Part shown: positions 18,246 through 27,331 of the stretch, one piece after another
Layout of the letters: each line of letters begins with the position of its first letter
Position numbering within the stretch: the first letter of the stretch is position 1
Virus record (IMG/VR): IMGVR_UViG_3300038438_000005
Reading direction: 5' to 3' (one strand)
Origin: a virus
Length of the DNA: 49,546 bases
Position numbers and translations under genes: made by a program
The notes under the pieces: model-generated
Told to the model about the DNA's origin: nothing
Databases searched by the model: none
Seen by the model: the letters and a program-made list of their open reading frames with translations, nothing else

Positions 18246-19813
18246 TTCTTCCTCATGATTACGCGGGGCGCTGCCCGGCCTTTGTGTTGCTGACCCCAGA
18301 TACGGGCATCAGTGATTGCTTTTGCACCTGCGTGCCAGGCCATTACAACGGCGTCACCTTTGTCTGGAGACCGGCCGAGGCGCTTAACCAGTGCCTCTTT
18401 AGGCTCAAGCTGGATAACCCCGCCTGAGTTGGCGCGCTTGATTTCGTATGTAGGTGCTGTGAGGTCAGACAGAAGCTCTTGATCATCCGGCAGCATGATC
18501 GGCGAGCCGCCTGGCTGGTCAGGGTTCAGCGCTTCACGCAACCGCCAGTAGGCTTCGGCCCTGACGTTGAAGAACTTGAGCAGGTTGTCTTCTGTGCGGC
18601 GCTGGGATGGCTTGACACCCATGTACGAGACGGCATCTACACCGTTCTCGCGCAAGTGGGCGTATGCATCACCGCCCCAACCACCGCCGATATCGATCAC
18701 AACCTTGCAGCCATCGCGGCGCTTGGCGATTACCAGGCCCGCAACGTCGGTACCGCCCGGGGTTTCTGAGCCTGGGACAGCAATGAGTGGTGCGTACCAG
18801 CCATCATGCCGCCATGCCAGTACGGTCTTGTCAGCGCCGCCCTGGGCAACGTCGACACCAACCGCACACATTGGGATGCCTACGGGCGGAACGGACTTCC
18901 AGCGCGCCATGGCGGCCGTCACCCATGACGTCGGGATCGTCTGGTTGGCCTCATCACGCAGCGAGGCGGAGAATTTCCCGTCTCGGTATGCGTCACGCAG
19001 CTCTTTGGGCAGCGCGTCCAGTGTTCTTTTGTACTCGCCGTCATCCGCAAGATCTGGGTTATCACTCAGCTTGGCCGGGATGAACGTGCGGGATTTCGCG
19101 TAGATCTCTTCTGTGCCTACGAGGTGCGGGCCTGGGCCATCAACCTCAGTGTCTTCGTCTTGCTCGTTACGCAGATACCACCGCAACTCCCCAGGCTTGG
19201 CCGGGTTCGGGTGGCGCGGGTCAAGCCATGCACCCCAGCGGCGAATGACCCACAGGCCAGTTGCACTTGTCGGCGGGTTTCCTGTAGCAACAACCCGGCG
19301 GCGTTGACCTGGCTTTGTCGATCGGTTCCAAATCGTGATGAAGATGTACTGCGATTCAAGAAAGTCAGTCACTTCATCAAACGCCATGAGGTCGTATGGC
19401 TTGCCTTTGAAGTTCTGTTTGTCTTCCTCAAGCTGGCATCCGCCGAACTTGATCAGCTTCTCGCCATCCTTCCAGACGAGGTCGGACCCGTTCCAGCCTG
19501 AGCGCTCCCCACCGAACAGGTTGCCAAGCAACTCAGCCTCGGCCATGTCCTTTGCATCATCACGTTGCCGCCGAAGGATCAGTGACCGCGTGTGCTCAGT
19601 GGCTGCTAGGCCGCACACCAGCGCCGACTTACCCCCGCCAGCCTGCCCACCGTAGAACAATTCATCGGCGTCACTGTGAAACGCCATCATCTGCGGGCCA
19701 GGGTTGGGGACGAACAGCATCCCCTTTGTTGCCGCCAGTGCTTCAGATACAACTGCCTCCCGCTCTTTCTGGGGCAACCCTTCCAGAGCAGAGAGGACTT
19801 CGCTGAGGTTCAT
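18242..19813 (-). CDS. terL: Terminase large subunit
   Basis: Walker A YGGQAGGGKS and Walker B-like LMAFDEV, with a C-terminal nuclease-like half. 523 aa. Confidence 0.9.
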   Translation of the reverse strand: MNLSEVLSALEGLPQKEREAVVSEALAATKGMLFVPNPGPQMMAFHSDADELFYGGQAGGGKSALVCGLAATEHTRSLILRRQRDDAKDMAEAELLGNLFGGERSGWNGSDLVWKDGEKLIKFGGCQLEEDKQNFKGKPYDLMAFDEVTDFLESQYIFITIWNRSTKPGQRRRVVATGNPPTSATGLWVIRRWGAWLDPRHPNPAKPGELRWYLRNEQDEDTEVDGPGPHLVGTEEIYAKSRTFIPAKLSDNPDLADDGEYKRTLDALPKELRDAYRDGKFSASLRDEANQTIPTSWVTAAMARWKSVPPVGIPMCAVGVDVAQGGADKTVLAWRHDGWYAPLIAVPGSETPGGTDVAGLVIAKRRDGCKVVIDIGGGWGGDAYAHLRENGVDAVSYMGVKPSQRRTEDNLLKFFNVRAEAYWRLREALNPDQPGGSPIMLPDDQELLSDLTAPTYEIKRANSGGVIQLEPKEALVKRLGRSPDKGDAVVMAWHAGAKAITDARIWGQQHKGRAAPRVIMRKK

Positions 19814-20259
19814 CAGGCGTTGGTCAAGGCCGAGCTGATGACCAATCGACCGCTTGGCAGGCGCAGGCCCAGGAATGCAGCCTCAGTGCCGGTGTCGGTC
19901 CAGGTCAACGCGATAACGCCAGCAGTGGATGAGGTCAGAATGAACATCTTCTTTGCCACAACAGCCAGAGCTGCACCGCTGGCGCCAATGGCGATACCAG
20001 TCGAACCGCCAGTAGTAGCAAATGCCGCGGCGGCTGCATCAGCGAAGACGTAGGCTTCAACGATCTCGCGGTAGGCAATAGCCTTTCCGGTGGAATCCTT
20101 GAGCTGAATGGTGATTGCGCGGGCATCGGAGGCTTCGGCGCCAACCGTGATGGTCGCGTCAACAGCAGGCGACGTTACTTGAAGGCCGTTAGATACGAGG
20201 CTGTTGTCCTTGGCCAGGCCAAGTTTTCGGCCATGAATGGAAGTGAGTGCGTCTGGCAT
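19813..20259 (-). CDS. Hypothetical beta-rich protein (TerS-TerL insert, gene 4)
   Basis: 148 aa, Ala/Thr/Gly-rich. Its stop is coupled to the TerL start (TGATG). Confidence 0.5.
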   Translation of the reverse strand: MPDALTSIHGRKLGLAKDNSLVSNGLQVTSPAVDATITVGAEASDARAITIQLKDSTGKAIAYREIVEAYVFADAAAAAFATTGGSTGIAIGASGAALAVVAKKMFILTSSTAGVIALTWTDTGTEAAFLGLRLPSGRLVISSALTNA

Positions 20260-20314
20260 GGTGATCTCCTGCTATTTGCTGTTGCTTATGGAGGCCTGGA
20301 AACCGCCAGGTCGG

Positions 20315-21079
20315 TTATTGCAGAACTTCTTGGCCGGCGCGGTAGGAGAATGACGGCGTTCCGGTGTTGTTCACTGTGCGCAGGCGGGTGTAGTAGCCGG
20401 CAGGGACGTAGCCAGTGACTACGCCGGTCTGCGGCTGAATACCCTGGAGGGCAATGGCAAGCGTGTAGGTTTGCCCCAGGCCAGAGATAGCCAAGGTCTG
20501 CACGTTCGCTGTAAATCCACTGTCGCTGGCAATCTCAAGCACCACGTCACCGTTCTGGCCGCCGGCAATCGAGGCCGTTACGGTGATCTGAACGCTGTAG
20601 GTGACCCAGGCATCCCGGGTGGCGTTGATCTGGAACGCAGAGTTAAGGGCGCGTGCGGCAGTAGCTTGAGAACGATTCGTGCCGGCGGTAACTCGGCCTT
20701 GTGCATCTGTGGTCACGTTGGCGTAGCTGCCAGCCGTACCGATGTTCGGCATGCTGATCGTGCCACTTGTAGTGATCGTGCCGCCTGACAGGCCGGTACC
20801 GGCAGTAACGCTGGTTACGGTGCCGTTGTTCGTGGAAGAGATAACGCCTGAGCTGATTGACAGACCAGTTCCAACGGTCACGTAGCCAGGAAGGCTGGTC
20901 GCCCCGTTGTAGTAAATGATGCCGTCTGCACTGGCAGCAGGCGTTGGCAGCAAGCGGAACACGTTGCCGGTGTCAGCAGAGTTGCGCTGCGTCAGGTTGA
21001 TGTTGTTCGCATCAGCCAGGGCCAGCGGGCTGGCCACGACCAAGCAAAGAAGCAGAGCCTTCAAATAACGCGCGTCCAT
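20315..21079 (-). CDS. Secreted fibre-like protein (TerS-TerL insert, gene 3)
   Basis: It has a Sec-type signal peptide MDARYLKALLLCLVVASPLALA/DA. Gly/Thr/Ser fibre-like repeats follow (TAGTGLSGGTITTSGTISMPNIGTAGS), and the C-terminal domain is beta-rich. Confidence 0.55.
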   Translation of the reverse strand: MDARYLKALLLCLVVASPLALADANNINLTQRNSADTGNVFRLLPTPAASADGIIYYNGATSLPGYVTVGTGLSISSGVISSTNNGTVTSVTAGTGLSGGTITTSGTISMPNIGTAGSYANVTTDAQGRVTAGTNRSQATAARALNSAFQINATRDAWVTYSVQITVTASIAGGQNGDVVLEIASDSGFTANVQTLAISGLGQTYTLAIALQGIQPQTGVVTGYVPAGYYTRLRTVNNTGTPSFSYRAGQEVLQ

Positions 21080-21384
21080 GTGTTCGCCTTCAGTTTGTGG
21101 AATTCAAAGAAGTCGTTTGCGCTAAGGCTGCTGATCGGATCCATCACAACGCCGCCAGTCATGGTCAGCGTCGCAATGTTCTGCGTTGAGGCTACCCGGC
21201 AGATCTGGCCGATTCTGCTTACAGCATCAGAGGGGAAGTTCAGGGTTAACGCTGCAATCGCGCCGGCTGGCTGGATGTAAACGGTCCCGTCAGAGCTGTC
21301 CTGGCGGAACGCAACGGTCTGCCCGGTCAAGGGTGTTACCGAATCCACGTAGTTTGTGGACGGAGAATGCGCCGCGTGGCCCAT
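21061..21384 (-). CDS. Hypothetical protein (TerS-TerL insert, gene 2)
   Basis: 107 aa, directly abutting the 21385-21840 gene. Confidence 0.5.
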   Translation of the reverse strand: MGHAAHSPSTNYVDSVTPLTGQTVAFRQDSSDGTVYIQPAGAIAALTLNFPSDAVSRIGQICRVASTQNIATLTMTGGVVMDPISSLSANDFFEFHKLKANTWTRVI

Positions 21385-21840
21385 TTAGATAGCCTCGCCG
21401 CTCATGAAGCAGGTTGCGGCCGTCTTGGTGAAGGGTCCAGTGGACGAGAACACCAGGGTCACACCCACCGCCATTACCAGTGGAAGGTCATAAGCAACCG
21501 AGAACGAACCGTTCGCAGCAACCGCCCACACCTTCTTCGGGGTCACAGTGCCATCTGCCGGGGCGCTGGTAGCGTCGAACAGCATCAGGTAGCCAGCGGC
21601 TGTGGATGTAGCGTTCGCCCCGTAGAAGTTGCCAGGCGTAGCTTTCAGAACAAGGCTGGACTGGGCGGTCGCAGTAGCAACGGTTGCAATGCCCTGATCT
21701 GCCGACGAGGAGCCTGCAGTTGTCACCAGAAGCGCGCCGCCAATCGACTGGATAGTCTGCGCGGTATTGGTTGTGCCGGCCTTCAATGCCCAGATGTAGC
21801 CGCCAAAGCTAGGTCCGCCAGGAAGAGGTACGTCACTCAT
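21385..21840 (-). CDS. Hypothetical beta-rich protein (TerS-TerL insert, gene 1)
   Basis: 151 aa, starting 12 nt after the TerS stop. Confidence 0.5.
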   Translation of the reverse strand: MSDVPLPGGPSFGGYIWALKAGTTNTAQTIQSIGGALLVTTAGSSSADQGIATVATATAQSSLVLKATPGNFYGANATSTAAGYLMLFDATSAPADGTVTPKKVWAVAANGSFSVAYDLPLVMAVGVTLVFSSTGPFTKTAATCFMSGEAI

Positions 21841-21852
21841 GGTTCAAGTCCT

Positions 21853-22509
21853 TTACTTTTGTTTGAGGCCTTTGGCCAGGAGGAACGCAATTCGCCGCGC
21901 TACTTCGTTGTCGGTGTGATCCGTCGACTCAGGCTTATCGCCACCCTCCCCCTCTGGCTTGTTGCCCAGGTCGTAAGCCTGGCGCTCCAGCGCGATAAGG
22001 TTCTTCAGCGTGTCGGCCAGGTCTTTCATCGTCTTGGTGCGGGCCGGCAAGTCGATAACCCTCATGTAAAGGTCGTTGCGCTTGTCCTGGCCCTTGTCGT
22101 CTTCACTGCGCAGTAACTCGCCAAGCTGCTCGAACAGGTCGCGGTTATCGGTTAACCCTTCCAATTCATCCAACAGCTTGTTGGCAACACTGCGGGAGCG
22201 ACTGATATCGCCACGGTGGGCCATACGCACATTGGCAATGACCTGGGCGTTAATCTCAATCAGGGTCCGATCCGTAACAGCACGCTCAGCTGTTACATCT
22301 GCTGTTACAGCCTGCCTTGTTACAAGGTCGTTTGCCTTGGCCTTGATCTTGGCGGACAGGTCTTGAACCCACCCTTCCTTCTTCGCGCGCCGGGCAATCG
22401 CTACATGGTTGGAGCCTGGGCATGCAGCTGCGATCTCTCGCAGTGACAGCACACCAGCCCGGAAGAGCTGTTCGATGCGCTCCCAGTCAACTGGCTGTTT
22501 ATCGGTCAC
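21853..22509 (-). CDS. terS: Terminase small subunit (putative)
   Basis: 218 aa with a GTG start overlapping the spanin stop. It has an N-terminal HTH-like LSLREIAAACPGSNHVAIARRAKKEGW and a charged helical remainder. It is the first gene after the lysis cassette. Confidence 0.6.
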   Translation of the reverse strand: MTDKQPVDWERIEQLFRAGVLSLREIAAACPGSNHVAIARRAKKEGWVQDLSAKIKAKANDLVTRQAVTADVTAERAVTDRTLIEINAQVIANVRMAHRGDISRSRSVANKLLDELEGLTDNRDLFEQLGELLRSEDDKGQDKRNDLYMRVIDLPARTKTMKDLADTLKNLIALERQAYDLGNKPEGEGGDKPESTDHTDNEVARRIAFLLAKGLKQK

Positions 22510-22982
22510 TGGGTAATCCTTATGGCGTCGTAGCTGGCTTCACAGGCGAATCCGGCCCGACGACTTGAGTCAAGCGCTGCTGCCAGTTCGCCCGCATGGT
22601 TGTCAGCTTCTGTGCGCAGCTGGGCGAGCAGATCGGTAAGGTCTTCGATTGTCTGGCCTCTTGCGGCAAGGCGGGCACGGAGATTGGCGCGATCGGCAAG
22701 CAGCTTGGTCTGTTGTTCGCGCAGGCTGACACCAATAGCAACAAGCTCAGCAGCATGAGCGTCATCGCTGATCTTTTGATTGGCTGCATCGGTGCGTACC
22801 TGCTCAATGGCTTGCTGGTGCTTCTGTTCGGTCTTTCGGGCCTGCTCGCTGGCTTCTTTGGCCTGGGCCTCAATGCCTGAGACGTACTCGGCATGAGCGG
22901 TCTGAGCGTTGTCCAGGCGATGCGTCTGGATGCCCAGCAGCAGAACCAGCGCGGCAATGGCGGCGATCAGGTAGTTGGTCAT
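22506..22982 (-). CDS. i-spanin (Rz-like)
   Basis: The ATG overlaps the endolysin stop (ATGA). It has an N-terminal TM helix (MTNYLIAAIAALVLLLG) and a coiled periplasmic domain. Confidence 0.75.
   Translation of the reverse strand: MTNYLIAAIAALVLLLGIQTHRLDNAQTAHAEYVSGIEAQAKEASEQARKTEQKHQQAIEQVRTDAANQKISDDAHAAELVAIGVSLREQQTKLLADRANLRARLAARGQTIEDLTDLLAQLRTEADNHAGELAAALDSSRRAGFACEASYDAIRITQ
22520..22765 (-). CDS. o-spanin (Rz1-like), nested in the +1 frame of the i-spanin gene
   Basis: The product begins MTLMLLSLLLLVSAC with lipobox VSAC, and the mature part is Pro-rich. 81 aa. Confidence 0.7.
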   Translation of the reverse strand: MTLMLLSLLLLVSACANNRPSCLPIAPISVPALPQEARQSKTLPICSPSCAQKLTTMRANWQQRLTQVVGPDSPVKPATTP

Positions 22983-23506
22983 TGCTGGGCAGCCATGCAC
23001 TTGGCGTGGCGCTCAAGCTGGCGAGCCCACACGCCCCAGCAGCGCTTGTTGCCCGGTGTCGAGCAGTCGAAGCCAGCGGCGTACTTGTACTTGAGCAGGT
23101 CATTGCAGGCCTGAACGTAGTTGCCGGCCAGCAGGCTCTTGCGGGGCGAGCCCTTGCGCCATGTGCCAATGCCGTACTGGCCAACGAAGTCCATGTACTC
23201 ATCGAACTCGGCCTGGTACAGCTTCACGCCCGGGAGGGAAGCGGCGAATTGCTTCTCAGCCTGGCTGTTGAGGTTGCGGGCCAGGACTTCGGCGCGGGCC
23301 GGGGTGATGGTGTCGCCCATGCGGACTGGCGAGCCGTCTTCGTATCGGGTTGACCCGTGACCCAGGGTCGGTACGTCGCCCTTTGTGGGGATGACAGCGA
23401 CAGGCGTGAAGCCTTCGCTCGCCTGCCATGTGGCGAAGCCGGCAGCGCTCAGGCTCAGCACCGTGACGGCGATGCGCTGGCGAATGACTGGGTTCATATC
23501 CCGCAC
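22979..23506 (-). CDS. SAR-type lysozyme (endolysin)
   Basis: It has a weakly hydrophobic N-terminal signal-anchor-release-like segment (RIAVTVLSLSAAGFATW). This is followed by EGF...GDVPTLGHG, resembling the Glu-Asp-Thr lysozyme catalytic region. Confidence 0.75.
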   Translation of the reverse strand: MRDMNPVIRQRIAVTVLSLSAAGFATWQASEGFTPVAVIPTKGDVPTLGHGSTRYEDGSPVRMGDTITPARAEVLARNLNSQAEKQFAASLPGVKLYQAEFDEYMDFVGQYGIGTWRKGSPRKSLLAGNYVQACNDLLKYKYAAGFDCSTPGNKRCWGVWARQLERHAKCMAAQQ

Positions 23507-23778
23507 TTATCCATCAAGGCCTTGATTCTGGCGGCGCTCTCTGCGTCTTCCCGGCGGGCGTTGGCGGCTTTCTCTTCGGTTTCACGCCGGTCACGGCGCA
23601 CTTGGAAGTACAGATTGATCAGCAAGCCAAGCAGCGCAATAACCACGCCTGAAATGCCGATCCAATTAATCTGTGACAGCCATCCGTAAAGGCCAACAGC
23701 ACCGCCAGCAAGCATTCCTTTGTTGGCAGCCGGTACGATCACCGCCTCAATGATGCCTTCAGGTGCTGGGTGTGCCAT
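23494..23778 (-). CDS. Holin
   Basis: AGGAG lies 7 nt before the second ATG (23778). It has two hydrophobic helices (GMLAGGAVGLYGWL, WIGISGVVIALLGLLINLYF) and a charged C-terminus. Confidence 0.7.
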   Translation of the reverse strand: MAHPAPEGIIEAVIVPAANKGMLAGGAVGLYGWLSQINWIGISGVVIALLGLLINLYFQVRRDRRETEEKAANARREDAESAARIKALMDKCGI

Positions 23779-23840
23779 ACGGGTACTCCTACCCGGAGCC
23801 ATTCAGGTCTTGCCTGGGCTGGGATGTGTAGATTGGTGAA

Positions 23841-23864
23841 TTAAGAAGGCCCGCGTGAGGGCCT
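23841..23864 (-). terminator. Terminator-like hairpin 3 in the late leader
   Basis: On the minus strand the sequence reads AGGCCC-TCACGC-GGGCCT followed by TCTTAATT. Confidence 0.35.
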
Positions 23865-23904
23865 GACGGAATCCCGATGGTTGGGGTCGTCGAAAATTAG
23901 GTAT

Positions 23905-23933
23905 AAAAAAGCCCAGCTGGTTTAGGGCTGGGC
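23905..23933 (-). terminator. Intrinsic terminator 2 in the late leader
   Basis: On the minus strand the sequence reads GCCCAGC-9 nt-GCTGGGC followed by TTTTTT. Confidence 0.6.
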
Positions 23934-24201
23934 TTTAACGCTTTACCGGGCCAGTGGCCGAATCATCGGATGGCTTCCCTTCAAGCTTGATGTAGATGGC
24001 CGGCGCTGGTCTCCGGATTTCACGGGTTTTTCACCGCCCGCCCAAGTCACAATGACCGTGAGCACTCGCATCAGCCTGCGCATTCATCTGCATCGGCAAA
24101 GCCCATCATCTGCCTGTACGTTCCTGCGAATCCGCCGAACTGCTGCCAGTGCCACCGCTCCGAGGTCGCCAACGGTGATAAGCTTTCCGATATAGACGAA
24201 C

Positions 24202-24228
24202 AAAAAAGCCCGACTCAATGGCCGGGCT
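24202..24228 (-). terminator. Intrinsic terminator 1 in the late leader (tR'-like)
   Basis: On the minus strand the sequence reads AGCCCG-10 nt-CGGGCT followed by TTTTTT, about 30-50 nt downstream of the candidate late promoter. Confidence 0.6.
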
Positions 24229-24260
24229 TATCTGAAGCGGTAAAACCGCAATATGGCGTC

Positions 24261-24289
24261 AATATGCCGGAATCAAGTTAACACGTCAA
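24261..24289 (-). promoter_or_regulatory. Candidate late promoter (PR'-like)
   Basis: On the minus strand, TTGACG (24289-24284), a 17-nt spacer, then CATATT (24266-24261). It heads a 480-nt non-coding leader before the holin gene. Confidence 0.35.
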
Positions 24290-24624
24290 GAAGGTTGACC
24301 TATTTCTGCGGCGGCTCGGCAGATGGCGCGGCGAACATCTGCGGCCGGGTCATCATGCACCAACTGCTCGACCGTACACAGCCTGCCATATGCATCCACA
24401 TAGTTCACCCGAAAACATGAAGGCCCATCGAACTCAATGTCCAAACTTAGCGCGACCATCAAGCGGAGCGCGTCGCCGTCGTCGGTCAGCGGGCTCCATT
24501 TTGGTCCGTGATTGCCCATATACAGCGAAGGAGTACCACCTCCAGCGCCACATGCCCATACATCGCTATGGATCGGGTACCCAGCAGCCTTGGCCGCCAG
24601 CTCCAGAAGTTCCTTATCGGTCAT
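24286..24624 (-). CDS. Hypothetical phage protein
   Basis: 112 aa, the last gene before the late control region. Confidence 0.5.
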   Translation of the reverse strand: MTDKELLELAAKAAGYPIHSDVWACGAGGGTPSLYMGNHGPKWSPLTDDGDALRLMVALSLDIEFDGPSCFRVNYVDAYGRLCTVEQLVHDDPAADVRRAICRAAAEIGQPS

Positions 24625-24838
24625 GGCTTAGATTCCATGGAAGGTGGCACCACCATGCGACTTTCTCACCAGTTTCAAAGGCCTTTGGCCGCTGCCAGAC
24701 ACCACCTTCATTCCCGTGAAAATAAGACAACTTGAAGACGTTGCCAAGATTGGTAGCTGCAACAACCTCAGTCGACCACAGGCCCTTCGGCCCTTCTGGT
24801 GGCGAATCAGCTGAAGTCCATATAAATGTGCCGTTCAC
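24614..24838 (-). CDS. Hypothetical Trp-rich small protein
   Basis: 74 aa, overlapping both of its neighbours. Confidence 0.45.
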   Translation of the reverse strand: MNGTFIWTSADSPPEGPKGLWSTEVVAATNLGNVFKLSYFHGNEGGVWQRPKAFETGEKVAWWCHLPWNLSHDR

Positions 24839-25023
24839 TTCAATTCCTCCCGCTGATCGACAGATGGTACGCCGCGCACCAGGCCATCGGCGAGCGCGGC
24901 CTTTACATCGTCACACCTCGCCGCCCTGTCCTCTTCTCGCATACACGGCCTGCAAAGACCAAAGAACGAATTTGGCGCCCTGAAGTTTTCGCGGCACTTG
25001 ATGCAGATGTATTGAACGCTCAT
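24835..25023 (-). CDS. Small Cys-rich (zinc-ribbon-like) protein
   Basis: It carries the CIKC...CRPC pairs. 62 aa. Confidence 0.45.
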   Translation of the reverse strand: MSVQYICIKCRENFRAPNSFFGLCRPCMREEDRAARCDDVKAALADGLVRGVPSVDQREELK

Positions 25024-25373
25024 GGCTTTGTCACCTGCCCCACGGCTACGTCAATCACAGCAAGGACGGCAGCACGGCACTGCGCCTCATCTGAAACATC
25101 TTCTCGCGGGGCGTAGTAGGTCGCATTGAAGGTATCCAATAATTGGCGCCAAGGCATATCAGCTACGGCGGCGCGAACATCGCATTCCTTTATCATTACC
25201 TCAGCAGCTTTCTGAGCGGTTTCAGCAATACCGCGTATCGCTTCATTCTCGGATTTTAGCCTGCCACATTCACCTGCCAGTTCTAGTGCGCGGTCGGCCA
25301 TCTTTTGATTCTGTTCGCAGATCATTGCGAGTTCCCGCAAAACAATTGGGCTTATGCATGGAATAGGAGTCAT
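25020..25373 (-). CDS. Hypothetical protein
   Basis: 117 aa, coupled to the Q-like gene. Confidence 0.5.
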   Translation of the reverse strand: MTPIPCISPIVLRELAMICEQNQKMADRALELAGECGRLKSENEAIRGIAETAQKAAEVMIKECDVRAAVADMPWRQLLDTFNATYYAPREDVSDEAQCRAAVLAVIDVAVGQVTKP

Positions 25374-25729
25374 GCCGCCTCCCTCATCTCAAGGCAACCA
25401 TCAATGTAGGCGTGGCCGGCGATGATGTACTCACGAACCTTGAGCCGGGTCTCGTTAACCCGCTTGCCCACTTCGGCCATAGTCATATCCAGGCCGCGAT
25501 AGTACACGGTGATGCATTCTGCCATCTTGGGCCAGCGCCGAGCCATGATTGCCACCATCCGGTCAATCATCATGGCCTCTTCATCGGTGATGCAGGCGGC
25601 AGGCAGGCAGTCCATCTGCTCAACGTTGTCACGCATCAGGACGTAGGAGGGAGAGGTGCAGCGTGGAACGCCCACTTGTTGGCGGCTCCAGCGGCCCCAT
25701 TGGGTCAGAAGCTCTTCTGCGTCTCTCAT
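25370..25729 (-). CDS. Late-gene antiterminator, Q-like (putative)
   Basis: 119 aa. The N-terminal LTQWGRWSRQ motif and the position upstream of a promoter-plus-terminator late leader resemble the small Q-type antiterminator family. Confidence 0.5.
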   Translation of the reverse strand: MRDAEELLTQWGRWSRQQVGVPRCTSPSYVLMRDNVEQMDCLPAACITDEEAMMIDRMVAIMARRWPKMAECITVYYRGLDMTMAEVGKRVNETRLKVREYIIAGHAYIDGCLEMREAA

Positions 25730-26865
25730 GCTGCACCTGCCTTCAACATATCCGAGTTGATCGTCAGACGGCCCACTTCGCCGTAGCTCTTGTGATAGGT
25801 GATGACCTTGGCATCACGGCCACTGATCCATCCGCCGCGGCTTGCGTAGGCGTCTGGAGCCGCCAGAGTGCGGTGCTGCTCGACGATCATCAGGTTGTTT
25901 TCCTTGACGTCGACGTGATGTAGGTGTCCCAGGTGCGCATAGCTGTGCTTGGTGCGGCCGAAGACGTCGCGGAACTTGGCCACGAACACATCCGCCACAG
26001 CGGTAGGCTTCTTCTTGTGACCGTGGTGGAAGAACAGGCTGGTCTGGCCGTGCTCCACGCAGTAGTACGGGTCGGGGCTGCGGTCTACGGTAATGCGTGG
26101 CTCGTTCTCGTAAATGGCGGAGAACCATTCGCGCAACCATATGGAACTGGCCGTGTCGTGGTTGCCCTCGGCCATCAGCACATGAACCTTCTGATGCTTG
26201 GTCAGCAGCATGTCGACGACGCGGCGGGTTACCCTGATCGCCACGCGCACCAGCTTCTGAAACCGAGTGTCCGCGTCAAGCAGGTGCTTGCTGGCCGGCG
26301 TTACGGCATCGAGGCCGTCCCAATGAAGGTAATCCCCGAGCTGTGCGAACACGCCTATCTCGGCATCCGGGGCCATGCGGATTGCCTCGGCGAACCAAGC
26401 AACAAGCTGGTGCTCGGCAATGCTCAGGTCGTAATCAGCGCCAGTTTCTTCATGCCAGGACAGCAGGCCCAGGTGGTAGTCGGTCACAACGTAGCAATTC
26501 AGCAGGTCAGTGTTGCAAGAGGTCGGCGCCGGGGAGAAGGCCATGCGGGGAAGATCCTCGCCCATGGCTGCAATGGCAGCCTCCATGATTTCCCGCTGGC
26601 GCTGTTGGTCCGTCGTCGTCTTCACCCACTGAAGAACGGGAGCCTTACCCCCTTCTTTGTACAAGCTGGACGTGCCCTTGAGCTTAAATCCGTCCGGCAC
26701 GATATGGGTCATGTCGTGCTCTGGGCTCCAGCCCTTGCGGACAAGATTTGACTTTCTGGTCCACATATTCCGCTCATGCATGCCGAAGTGCTCTGCGGCC
26801 TGGGCGACGGTCATGGTCTTGAGAGCTTCAATGATCTGCTCGTCTGTTGCTTTGGCTGCGGTCAT
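25726..26865 (-). CDS. HTH plus metallophosphoesterase-like protein
   Basis: It has an N-terminal HTH-like segment (MTVAQAAEHFGMHERNMWTRK). It also has calcineurin-type motifs GDYLHWD, AEGNHD and HLGHLHH. Confidence 0.55.
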   Translation of the reverse strand: MTAAKATDEQIIEALKTMTVAQAAEHFGMHERNMWTRKSNLVRKGWSPEHDMTHIVPDGFKLKGTSSLYKEGGKAPVLQWVKTTTDQQRQREIMEAAIAAMGEDLPRMAFSPAPTSCNTDLLNCYVVTDYHLGLLSWHEETGADYDLSIAEHQLVAWFAEAIRMAPDAEIGVFAQLGDYLHWDGLDAVTPASKHLLDADTRFQKLVRVAIRVTRRVVDMLLTKHQKVHVLMAEGNHDTASSIWLREWFSAIYENEPRITVDRSPDPYYCVEHGQTSLFFHHGHKKKPTAVADVFVAKFRDVFGRTKHSYAHLGHLHHVDVKENNLMIVEQHRTLAAPDAYASRGGWISGRDAKVITYHKSYGEVGRLTINSDMLKAGAA

Positions 26866-27140
26866 TGGGCTTCTCCGGCGAGGGCTTCAGCTTTCAGGGC
26901 GGCGTATGCAACACAGTCTTCAGCGGAATCGGCGTGGTAGGCCGGGTTCTGCCACTGGCGCACGTCTTTGAGAATTTGTAGCAACAACCATCCTTCCGCC
27001 TCGGTCAGCTTCTGGCCGGTGATGGTGTTGAAGGCCGACACGGTGGTCGCCATGCTGCGCTCGCCCTCTGGCTTGTCGTACTGCTTGCCGCGCTCCAGCA
27101 TCAGCGCCTGGGCTTGTCCGAGGAATTCGTGAGCTTTCAT
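26862..27140 (-). CDS. Hypothetical conserved phage protein
   Basis: 92 aa, within the Nin-region gene string. Confidence 0.5.
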   Translation of the reverse strand: MKAHEFLGQAQALMLERGKQYDKPEGERSMATTVSAFNTITGQKLTEAEGWLLLQILKDVRQWQNPAYHADSAEDCVAYAALKAEALAGEAQ

Positions 27141-27331
27141 GCGGCCACCTTCTGGTTGTTCATATGTTCAACGCACGCCGCCTTGGCTTTGTCCTGGTCC
27201 CTGCCGGAATGAATGATCTTCCCCTTCGGGCACCGGCAGACGTAGCCGAAACCAGACTCAAGCGCGTACCGGCTGAGCAGATAGCCCTCTTCTGAGGACA
27301 TGCAGTTCTTGCTGATGGCTTTCCAGTTCAT
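27137..27331 (-). CDS. Hypothetical small protein
   Basis: 64 aa, coupled to both neighbours. Confidence 0.45.
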   Translation of the reverse strand: MNWKAISKNCMSSEEGYLLSRYALESGFGYVCRCPKGKIIHSGRDQDKAKAACVEHMNNQKVAA

